Source of the DNA: Clostridiales bacterium
GTDB lineage: Bacteria > Bacillota > Clostridia > Oscillospirales > Acutalibacteraceae
Assembly: GCA_036831405.1 (NCBI GenBank)
Contig: DAISMS010000002.1
Span: 26,202-90,201 of the forward strand
Direction of reading: 5' to 3'
Length of the DNA stretch: 64,000 nt
The notes under the pieces were generated by a model that saw nothing but the letters and a program-made list of their open reading frames with translations, did no database searches and was not told the DNA's origin. This document shows positions 29,132-36,671 of the stretch, one piece after another. Each line of letters opens with the position of its first letter. Position 1 is the first letter of the stretch. A program made the translations under genes and the position numbers.

Positions 29132-30688
29132 TTATCCCAATATCTTCTTCAAATCCTCTTCAGGAGTGGAGATGGGAGATATATTAAAGTTATCGACAAG
29201 AAATTGAAGAACATTGGAGGAGATAAAGGCGGGAAGCGTCGGCCCAAGATAGATATTTTTGATACCGAGAGAGAGCAGGGTAAGCAGGATGCAGACCGCT
29301 TTCTGTTCGTACCAAGACAGAACAAGGGTGAGCGGCAGCTCGTTTACGCCGCAGTCAAAGGCGTCTGACAATGCCAGAGCGACACGTATGGCGCTGTAGG
29401 CGTCGTTGCACTGACCCATGTCCATGATGCGCGGGAGTCCGCCGATATCGCCGAGATCCAGGTCGTTGAAGCGATATTTTCCGCACGCCAATGTAAGGAT
29501 TACAGAATCGGAGGGAGACTGCTTCACAAACTCGGTGTAATAATTACGTCCGGGTTTTGCGCCGTCACAGCCGCCGACAAGAAAGAAGTGCTTAATGGCA
29601 CCGTTTTTCACCGCGTCAATCACCTTATCTGCCACAGACAGAACCGTACCATGTCCGAAACCGGTGGTAACCTGTGTTCCGCCATTGATGCCGGTCATGA
29701 CTTGATCCTCGACGTAACCGCCCAGTTCCAGCGCTTTCTCAATCACCGGCGTAAAGTCCTTGTTGTCATCAATATGTACCATGCCGGGGTATGCAACCAC
29801 CTCGGTTGTAAAAATGCGATCGCGATAGCTGTCTTTAACAGGCATTAGACAGTTTGTGGTGAACAAAACCGGGGCGGGGATATTGTGAAACTCTTTTTGC
29901 TGGTTCTGCCATGCAGTTCCGAAATTACCTTTAAGATGAGGATAGGCTTGCAGCTTGGGGTAAGCATGCGCCGGCAGCATTTCGCCATGGGTGTAAATGT
30001 TGATACCCTTGTCCTTGGTCTGCTCCAGCAACAGATGAAGGTCATAAAGATCATGGCCACTGATTACGATAAACGGCCCTTTTTCAATTGTGAGCGGAAC
30101 AGTGGTGGGAACCGGTGTTCCATAGGTTTGGGTGTTTGCCTTGTCAAGCAGCTCCATGCACTTGAGGTTGGCTTTTCCGGTTTCCATGACAATGGGAAGC
30201 AGCTCATCCATTCCGATGTCCTCGCCGATGGCTTTCATTCCCTTGTAAAAAAAGCTGTCGACCTCTGGGTGGGTATAACCGAGCATCAGTGCGTGATACG
30301 CATAAGCAGCCATTCCACGAAGTCCGAAAAGAATTAAGGATTTGAGTGAGCGTATATCCTCATGATCGTTCCAAAGCTTTTGCATATCGTAATCACGGCA
30401 GCTCGGGTCAAGCACATTCTTCTCTTTATGTACGGCTTGGATATGACTTCTGACTGCATCATCATCAAAATTGACATTGGTGATGGTTGTAAACAGACCC
30501 TCCAGCATGGCTCGGTTAGCATGTGCAGTCGGTTGTTTCCCCTCGGCCGAGCGGGCAAGTCCCACAAGTGCGCCGGTGAGCTGGTCCTGCAGGTTTGAGT
30601 TATCCGCAGTTTTACCGCATACCCCCATCCTTCCTGTACATCCGCTGCATCCAGCAGTCTGCTCACATTGAAAACAAAACATTGACAT
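29132..30688 (-). CDS. hcp: hybrid-cluster protein / hydroxylamine reductase
   Basis: N-terminal MFCFQCEQTAGCSGCTG..GVCGK Cys motif. ATG 30688 lies 8 nt after GGAGG. Confidence 0.9.
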   Translation of the reverse strand: MSMFCFQCEQTAGCSGCTGRMGVCGKTADNSNLQDQLTGALVGLARSAEGKQPTAHANRAMLEGLFTTITNVNFDDDAVRSHIQAVHKEKNVLDPSCRDYDMQKLWNDHEDIRSLKSLILFGLRGMAAYAYHALMLGYTHPEVDSFFYKGMKAIGEDIGMDELLPIVMETGKANLKCMELLDKANTQTYGTPVPTTVPLTIEKGPFIVISGHDLYDLHLLLEQTKDKGINIYTHGEMLPAHAYPKLQAYPHLKGNFGTAWQNQQKEFHNIPAPVLFTTNCLMPVKDSYRDRIFTTEVVAYPGMVHIDDNKDFTPVIEKALELGGYVEDQVMTGINGGTQVTTGFGHGTVLSVADKVIDAVKNGAIKHFFLVGGCDGAKPGRNYYTEFVKQSPSDSVILTLACGKYRFNDLDLGDIGGLPRIMDMGQCNDAYSAIRVALALSDAFDCGVNELPLTLVLSWYEQKAVCILLTLLSLGIKNIYLGPTLPAFISSNVLQFLVDNFNISPISTPEEDLKKILG

Positions 30689-30709
30689 AATTGTTACCTC
30701 CAAAGTTAA

Positions 30710-30898
30710 TTAGTCTTCGATTGATATCACTGACACCGGACAGTTTATACGGGCCTCTTCCGCAGCGTCCGCAGAACCGTCATTGGGTTGGGCATAGACC
30801 TCGGCAAGCCCGTCATCACCCATGCGGAATACATCCGGACAGATTTCGGCGCATAAACCGCAGCCGATACATCCCGAGCGGTCAATATATGCCTTCAT
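30710..30898 (-). CDS. small 4Fe-4S ferredoxin
   Basis: 62 aa from ATG 30898 (GGAGG 7 nt upstream): MKAYIDRSGCIGCGLCAEICP....NCP. The stop lies 6 nt before the hcp SD region. Confidence 0.8.
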   Translation of the reverse strand: MKAYIDRSGCIGCGLCAEICPDVFRMGDDGLAEVYAQPNDGSADAAEEARINCPVSVISIED

Positions 30899-30965
30899 AA
30901 CATAACCTCCTGTATTTATTACAACGCTTGTTCGTGCATTGAGTATATATGATTTCCAAACATAA

Positions 30966-30987
30966 ATATGTTGCAGCTGCAACATAT
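30966..30987. promoter_or_regulatory. perfect 22-bp palindrome upstream of ferredoxin-hcp (candidate operator)
   Basis: ATATGTTGCAGCTGCAACATAT is its own reverse complement (core GTTGC-N4-GCAAC). Its centre is about 80 nt upstream of the ferredoxin ATG. Confidence 0.45.
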
Positions 30988-31168
30988 ATGCAAATTTTGT
31001 AAAAATATAAAGAAACAAAAAATCACTTTTAACACTAAGTGGGTTAGAAGTGATTTTTTGCCGTATTCTTTCCTATGAGGAGAAGTCGTCACCGTTGGGT
31101 GATGGTTGAGGTGTTTCTACGGAGTGTGCCCCAAAAGGAATTAATTCGATTACATACTATACGAATTA

Positions 31169-31246
31169 CTAATCATCCAGAATCAGAAATATAATGATAA
31201 TGAAAAGTAAAATTGAACAATCAAATTCACCACAGCCTTTTCCCAT
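31169..31246 (-). CDS. tiny hydrophobic Cys-containing peptide, paralog A (25 aa)
   Basis: GAAGGAGGgcagttatATG; MGKGCGEFDCSILLFIIIIFLILDD. Below the 60-aa track cutoff. Paralogs at 31462 and 36015. Confidence 0.5.
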   Translation of the reverse strand: MGKGCGEFDCSILLFIIIIFLILDD

Positions 31247-31461
31247 ATAACTGCCCTCCTTCTACTGTTCTCTTTTCCATTATATGTACAAGAATAAATA
31301 TTGTCCATCGTATATATGAAATCTGCCCATAGTTGCGGCATACGCAAACTATGGACAGGTTTTTCTGCCACATATTTGGCTGTATCAAGTCTTGGTTTAT
31401 TAATAACCCTTCTTTTTATATGCTTGATACAATAAAACTATACTTGTCGTGCAATACACAG

Positions 31462-31560
31462 TTAGCAGTGATCGTCATTACAGAAGCACAATAAGAAAAT
31501 GACGATCAGAATAATCCACAGACAGCAATCATTGTCTCCGAACAGTCCGCCTCTACCCAT
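31462..31560 (-). CDS. tiny hydrophobic Cys-rich peptide, paralog B (32 aa)
   Basis: AAGGAGGTaaggcaaATG; MGRGGLFGDNDCCLWIILIVIFLLCFCNDDHC. Confidence 0.55.
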   Translation of the reverse strand: MGRGGLFGDNDCCLWIILIVIFLLCFCNDDHC

Positions 31561-31734
31561 TTGCCTTACCTCCTTATTTTGCTCTGTTCCATACTATGCT
31601 GTGGATACATAAGTGTTAATTAAAATAGGGTGTATTGCAAATCGATTTTGCAATACACCCCTTGACCCATTTTGCAACAGCCGGTTAAGACGAAAATTCT
31701 GATTTCAGCATATAAAATGAGACACTGCGCGAAT

Positions 31735-32169
31735 TCATGGATGAAACCCTGTGTATGGAAATAGTCCCTCTTCCATAGAAATGTCTGCGATGCGCCAAAA
31801 GCAATCCTCCCTCACAATATTCAGGACTGCATTATAATCCCCTGCGGGGCCTGTTGAAGTTGCGGTAGAAAACCTTAACTCAATGGTACTGGAATCGGTA
31901 TCGGGAAACTTTATATCCACAGTCCGATAACCCGACACCCATGGGCTCGATATCCCTGTAACCCAGTTGGGAGCATTTGTTTCCAGCTGACGGGCATATT
32001 CTACTTTAAGCGCCTCTGTCATGACAGCATACTGCAGGGCTGCGCTTCTGTTTACTAAACCGCTTGCCCATACTTCAGCGGCGTCCTTGGGACAGCAGAC
32101 ACCCACCTGATTCATGGCTTCTTTTAGCAGCCGGTTCTGTATTTCACAGTTTGTTTGGTTGAACTCCAC
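31735..32169 (-). CDS. hypothetical protein (144 aa)
   Basis: A clean ORF with no motif I recognise. A 13-bp perfect hairpin (GGTGTATTGCAAA/TTTGCAATACACC) follows it at about 31630-31660. Confidence 0.55.
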   Translation of the reverse strand: MEFNQTNCEIQNRLLKEAMNQVGVCCPKDAAEVWASGLVNRSAALQYAVMTEALKVEYARQLETNAPNWVTGISSPWVSGYRTVDIKFPDTDSSTIELRFSTATSTGPAGDYNAVLNIVREDCFWRIADISMEEGLFPYTGFHP

Positions 32170-32358
32170 ATATATTCCCTCCCATATTCATGTCAGCAAT
32201 ATATGTATATTCATGGGTTTGTTATTCATAACATTGTTGCTATGAATAATATATGGCTTAATGACCTCCTCCCGTCATCCCTCGGCAATAAAAAAGATAT
32301 AACAAAAAAGATACTGATACCTAAATTCACAATAGAAATCGCAACTTTTCCATTCTTT

Positions 32359-34038
32359 TTATCCCTGTTTCTTTGCAATCACAATAAGGGATTGCCTATC
32401 AAACGTGTCAGAACGTTTTTGGGAAAGCAATTTTTCAAACTTTACCTGCTTGCCTGTGTAAGGGTCGTTGAAATAATAATTTTGCTTATCATAACCAATC
32501 AAAACCATGCAGTGCTCGTTAGCAGTCCAAGTGTAAGTTGTACCATCGGCAAGGGTCCAGGTGTTTGTTAGATAAGTGTCAATCATATTAATGCTTGTCC
32601 AAACAATGACAGGGATGCCGTTATCGATATACCCCCGGCAAAGCTCATCAAGAGTCATCCCCGTTGTATTCAATACACGTTCCTCATTGCCAAAGTAATT
32701 CTTAAGTGCTCGTTCAATGACAGGAGCCATACAGCCGTAGGAAGCTTTGCTCCGAGGATCACCGATAAAATGCTCCCACGGACTTGGTCCGTATCTTTTT
32801 CCGTTTGAATAATAAAAATTCAAACTCTTTTCCAAATAATTGTCTATAAATTCATCTACAGAAACATGTTCTCCCGCAAATTGAAGCGCCATAACAGCGC
32901 TGACCGACTCACAGCCGGTGGGATAGGAGGGCATTTGGGCAATAACAGGAACATTTTGGATTAGCGTTCCATCTTGCACATGAGTTGTTTCAACCGATGG
33001 CTCTAAACTGCCGGACACTGTACTGGAATTCGTACTGCTTTCATCTTGAAATGCCATGGGTGTCATTTCGGCTTTTAAAAGATTGCAATAATACAATCGG
33101 TTTTGGCTGGATTCACCTTTGGCAGAAATCAGAAGCGTATCTTCATCAAGAAAAACCGCTTGTTGTACCTTGGCATTAATGGGGACTTCTTGGATTTCTT
33201 TATTGTGGATATCGTATATCCGCAGCAGGTCACTATCATGAATGTTTACGAGAGTCGCAAACCCGTTTTGATAAGCAACAAGTGCAATTTCATCAATGGA
33301 AGTCATTTGAATATAATTATTCTTATGTCGGTTTTGTGCAGAAATCGCTAAAAATGAAGCATCAACCCTGCCGACACCATAATCTTTTGTGTAAAGTCGA
33401 ATAGCCGGATCGTAGTACACCGATTCCATTGCCTCGTCGTCAAGACCGATTCGCAGCAGCTCTCCCTCTGCGTTATGTAAATAGAACTGATTATCACGGC
33501 AGCCGAGTTCTGCAATATATCCATGGATTTTTCCAACCACAGTCTGTTTGCCGTCTTTTAAAGAATAGCGAATGATTTCTGCGTTTTTTGAATGTCCAAG
33601 CAGCAGATAATCGGCAGTTTCATTTAAAATTCCAAAGCCCCAATAATTTCCGGCATCGGTGATTTTATGCCGAAATTTTTCTGACCCGTTCAAGCCATAG
33701 ACTACAATCTCCTGACGCAAAAGGGATATTGCATAGAATCCGTCGTCGGTCAAGCCGGTATTCCACGCATCTTCTCCTAAATCCACTTCGCAAAGCTGTT
33801 TTTTCTTGCTGAGGGAGTAAAGAATTACTCGCAAATTTGTCGTATACAGCTTCGGTTGAATGCAGTCAATTTTTATAATATCATCTCTCGCTGAAATTTC
33901 TATCATTTCTGAAGATAAATTTAATTCCTTACCCAAAACGTTCAAAAGCTCATTGCTTTTTGTTTTTGAGTTACAACCGCTTAGAAACATGGTCAGGATA
34001 ATAATACTAATGAGATAAATTATGAATATTTTTTTCAA
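32359..34038 (-). CDS. lipoprotein with a C-terminal C39-like (papain-fold) peptidase domain
   Basis: Signal peptide plus lipobox (FLSGC). VPVIAQMPSYPTGCESVSAVMALQF matches the Peptidase_C39_2 catalytic Cys region. The N-terminal ~330 aa look repeat/beta-rich. Confidence 0.7.
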   Translation of the reverse strand: MKKIFIIYLISIIILTMFLSGCNSKTKSNELLNVLGKELNLSSEMIEISARDDIIKIDCIQPKLYTTNLRVILYSLSKKKQLCEVDLGEDAWNTGLTDDGFYAISLLRQEIVVYGLNGSEKFRHKITDAGNYWGFGILNETADYLLLGHSKNAEIIRYSLKDGKQTVVGKIHGYIAELGCRDNQFYLHNAEGELLRIGLDDEAMESVYYDPAIRLYTKDYGVGRVDASFLAISAQNRHKNNYIQMTSIDEIALVAYQNGFATLVNIHDSDLLRIYDIHNKEIQEVPINAKVQQAVFLDEDTLLISAKGESSQNRLYYCNLLKAEMTPMAFQDESSTNSSTVSGSLEPSVETTHVQDGTLIQNVPVIAQMPSYPTGCESVSAVMALQFAGEHVSVDEFIDNYLEKSLNFYYSNGKRYGPSPWEHFIGDPRSKASYGCMAPVIERALKNYFGNEERVLNTTGMTLDELCRGYIDNGIPVIVWTSINMIDTYLTNTWTLADGTTYTWTANEHCMVLIGYDKQNYYFNDPYTGKQVKFEKLLSQKRSDTFDRQSLIVIAKKQG

Positions 34039-34227
34039 ACCATTTCCTCTTTCCGCAGACTTAATTACTCTTATACTTCATATATTCTATTTTATGAAGC
34101 TAGTTCTATTATAATATACATAGTCCACTTAAACAAACGGCAGGTATTGTAAGGTTTTCAATAATGGGCGAACCCATCGAAAATTAAAAATATCGAACAC
34201 CGAATCCAAGTGAAAAAATCGGAACAC

Positions 34228-34287
34228 TTGACATGTATTCTGAATATAAGTATATTAGTAAGTGCTAAAATACTTAAACACTAATAT
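34228..34287 (+). promoter_or_regulatory. sigma-A promoter with an overlapping inverted repeat (candidate ArsR operator)
   Basis: TTGACA (34228), then 17 nt, then TATATT (34251). ATATTAGT (34252-34259) and ACTAATAT (34280-34287) form an 8-bp inverted repeat with an inner AAGT/ACTT pair. Confidence 0.45.
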
Positions 34288-34302
34288 AAGGTGGTAAACA
34301 AA

Positions 34303-34521
34303 ATGAAAAAAATCGCTAACATTTTACCTGAATGCGTTGCCTGCGGATATTGCATGAAAATATGTCCGTTGCGGGCTATTTCGGTTCCCAAAGGGATTGG
34401 TGCAGAAATAGATGAAAGCAAATGTATAGGATGCGGAAAATGTGCCAAGGGTTGTCCAGCGCAGGTCATCACAATTATTGAAAGGGGGAGAGCTGATGTC
34501 AAAGCAAAAGCGGTGGTATGA
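34303..34521 (+). CDS. 2x[4Fe-4S] ferredoxin-domain protein
   Basis: CVACGYCMKICP and CIGCGKCAKGCP motifs. ATG 34303 follows AAGGTGG. Confidence 0.75.
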   Translation: MKKIANILPECVACGYCMKICPLRAISVPKGIGAEIDESKCIGCGKCAKGCPAQVITIIERGRADVKAKAVV

Positions 34522-35104
34522 TTACCTCTGGATTTTTTCGGCTATTTATCTCTGCCTTGGCTTTTTTAATATTTTATTTGCATGGCTTGGACTAATCTGC
34601 TTTATTACTCCATTATTGATAGCTATTTTGAGGGGGAATAAAGCATACTGTAATAAATATTGCGGACGGGGACAGTTGTTTGAGATTTTAGGTAACCGGC
34701 TTGGTCTGTCAAGAAAAAATGCTCCTCCGAAATTCCTGCGTTCCAACTGGTTCAGATACGGATTTTTAACATTCTTTATGGCTATGTTCTGCATAATGCT
34801 TTATTCGACCTATCTGGTTTTTGCCGGCGCTACTTTAAAGGAAGCCGTAACACTGTTATGGGTATTTAAACTGCCATGGAATTGGGTTAATACCTCATTT
34901 GTACATCCGGGAATAGCACAGTTTGCCTTCGGGTTCTATAGCGTAATGCTGACCTCAACTGTTCTAGGATTAATTACTATGGTTCTATTCAGACCCCGTT
35001 CATGGTGTGTTTATTGTCCGATGGGGACCATGACGCAGGCGATATGCAAAATAAAGCACAGAAAGGAAATATCAAATGGAAGAGAAAGTGAAGAAGGTTG
35101 CTGA
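34496..35104 (+). CDS. membrane 4Fe-4S-binding protein (NapH/4Fe4S_5-like)
   Basis: Start at ATG 34496 after GGGGGAG. Four to five TM segments with CNKYCGRG and WCVYCPMG Cys motifs. Confidence 0.7.
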   Translation: MSKQKRWYDYLWIFSAIYLCLGFFNILFAWLGLICFITPLLIAILRGNKAYCNKYCGRGQLFEILGNRLGLSRKNAPPKFLRSNWFRYGFLTFFMAMFCIMLYSTYLVFAGATLKEAVTLLWVFKLPWNWVNTSFVHPGIAQFAFGFYSVMLTSTVLGLITMVLFRPRSWCVYCPMGTMTQAICKIKHRKEISNGRESEEGC

Positions 35105-35357
35105 ACTGCTAAAGGTATTGGCAAATGAAAATAGGCTGATGATTTTATGTGCGCTGATTGAAGCCCCGCAGTCGGTAGGCAAGCTCGCCGAAAAAATACC
35201 AAATATCACTCAATCTGCGTTATCACAGCATTTAGCTATATTAAAAGCATATGGGATACTGGATTATTCAAAATCAGGGCAAAGCATTACCTATTCGATA
35301 GCCGACCATCGTGTCGAAGCTGTTTTGGATGTGCTTAAAAAATACTATTGTAATTAA
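35076..35357 (+). CDS. ArsR/SmtB-family transcriptional regulator
   Basis: LKVLANENRLMILCAL......VGKLAE....TQSALSQHLAILKAYGIL winged-helix signature. Overlaps the upstream gene. Confidence 0.85.
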   Translation: MEEKVKKVAELLKVLANENRLMILCALIEAPQSVGKLAEKIPNITQSALSQHLAILKAYGILDYSKSGQSITYSIADHRVEAVLDVLKKYYCN

Positions 35358-35457
35358 TAACTCAACCACCCTAGGCTGAAAGCCGAGGGGCTGGATTGCG
35401 GCAGAGGCCGCCTAAAGCCCAAAACAAAAATCCTGCCGAATAGATTCGACAGTCTGA

Positions 35458-35506
35458 GCATTCCTCTGTCGAGGAACGCTCTTTCTTCTGGCCCGCCCGG
35501 AGGGAT
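35458..35506 (-). repeat. duplicate of the tRNA-Arg 3' end (18 nt) plus its downstream terminator
   Basis: The 49-nt segment 35458-35506 matches 35641-35689 at 43 of 49 positions by my hand count, including an identical TGGCCCGCCCGGAGGGAT. Confidence 0.7.
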
Positions 35507-35671
35507 ACAGCCGGCTTTGCCGTCTTGCATCCTTGCGGCATAGCCGGTGCGGACTTCGGGGCTAAAAACAGTCCCCCGGACTATTTTCTTAACGCCCCTC
35601 ACCCTCTCAGGGTTCGAAACCCTCCGAAATAAAAAAGAGAGCATCCCTCTGACGAGGAACGCTCCCTTTTT

Positions 35672-35748
35672 TGGCCCGCCCGGAGGGATTCGAACCCCCG
35701 GCCTTCAGAATCGGAATCTGCTGCGATATCCAGCTTCGCCACGGGCGG
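35672..35748 (-). tRNA. tRNA-Arg (anticodon CCG)
   Basis: Reverse-complement cloverleaf: acceptor CCGCCCG/CGGGCGG, D arm GCGA..TCGC, anticodon loop TTCCGAT, variable AGGCC, T arm GGGGG-TTCGAAT-CCCTC, discriminator G and an encoded CCA. The C1-G72 pair is unusual for Arg. Confidence 0.85.
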
Positions 35749-36014
35749 ATGGAAGGCAACGATTATTCTACACTGAAACCGGCTCTTTTGCAACCCCTAA
35801 TTTAGACCGAATCAATTTTTTCGAAAATCATAACCATGTATCTGAACACTTGGTTGCGATTAAATTTTAAGGTGTTAAATCATTTCTCGCCGATGGTATC
35901 ATAGATGAATCCTTCCCTCTGTCGCTTGACAGAGGGAAGGATTCACTTCATAAGGCGAAATAGATAATCGAAAGAAAGCGATCCTTTGATTAAGGAGGAG
36001 GAAAATCTGTTCCG

Positions 36015-36098
36015 CTAGTCTTGAAGAAGCAGAATGATAATGATGATAAAAAGCAGCAAAGAGCAATCCATGTCATCAAATAAATTTCTCAGACTCAT
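36015..36098 (-). CDS. tiny hydrophobic peptide, paralog C (27 aa)
   Basis: AAGGGGGTaagcgcATG; MSLRNLFDDMDCSLLLFIIIIILLLQD. Shares the F-D-x-DC-[SC]-L core plus an Ile/Leu helix plus an acidic end with A and B. Confidence 0.5.
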   Translation of the reverse strand: MSLRNLFDDMDCSLLLFIIIIILLLQD

Positions 36099-36261
36099 GC
36101 GCTTACCCCCTTTCATGGGCTCATCATATATTATGAAATTGAATATAATGTGGTTACAGAATCCGCACCCACATAACATTGAATAAAAAACAACATGATT
36201 GCATAGGATATCGGCAGAAAGTACTTGTTTGACTAAATATTCAACCCCTATTTTTAAATGT

Positions 36262-36313
36262 GGTTTTATGTCTATTCGGGGGCATAAAACCCGGAAAGGA
36301 TATGGAGTTTAAA
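36262..36313 (+). promoter_or_regulatory. conserved hairpin leader element, copy 2
   Basis: GGTTTTATGTCTATTCGGGGGCATAAAACCCGGAAAGGATATGGAGTTTAAA lies directly before the ATG at 36314. Confidence 0.45.
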
Positions 36314-36517
36314 ATGAAAAAATCAGGTTTTGGATTTGGCGGTCATTCGAAAGGCAGGAGGTATCTGCCGGATAACGATTGGGAAGTAGCTGAAGAGATA
36401 TCCCCCGACCCGTTTTCAGAAGAGGAACATTCACAAATCCATGCGCGAAGGTTTGTACAGCCAAAATATAACAACAAGAAAATCAAAGAAAAAACGAACA
36501 ATCCGGAGCATACGTGA
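36314..36517 (+). CDS. small hypothetical protein (67 aa)
   Basis: ATG 36314 with GGAG 7 nt upstream; MKKSGFGFGGHSKGRRYLPDNDWEV... No recognised motif. Sits immediately upstream of the ctsR promoter. Confidence 0.5.
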   Translation: MKKSGFGFGGHSKGRRYLPDNDWEVAEEISPDPFSEEEHSQIHARRFVQPKYNNKKIKEKTNNPEHT

Positions 36518-36562
36518 GATAAATTAAAAAAATCATCTCTAGAAAAACAATATAAAGTAAAT

Positions 36563-36637
36563 ACTGACCTTTTCTGACTTTGACTATCTCTGATCATTAG
36601 GTGTATAATATGGTCAAGAAAGTCAGGGAAGGTCAGA
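36563..36637 (+). promoter_or_regulatory. ctsR promoter flanked by two CtsR operators
   Basis: TTGACT (36580), then 18 nt, then TATAAT (36604). The minus strand at 36563-36579 reads AGTCAGA-AAA-GGTCAGT. The plus strand at 36621-36637 reads AGTCAGG-GAA-GGTCAGA, with an extra heptad GGTCAAG at 36612. Both fit the RGTCAAA-NAN-RGTCAAA consensus. Confidence 0.75.
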
Positions 36638-36671
36638 CCCAGTGAATAAAAAGACAAGGAGACAAACCGTT

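Noticed and set aside
31183-31371. 62-aa track ORF overlapping tiny peptide A.
   Set aside because: It has no SD and an implausible composition. The alternative frame has GGAGG at ideal spacing and two paralogs elsewhere.
35354-35870. Three overlapping 64-107 aa ORFs around tRNA-Arg.
   Set aside because: They run through a tRNA gene and its duplicated terminator. They have no SDs, and their Arg/Pro/Gly-rich translations are typical of GC-rich structured RNA regions.
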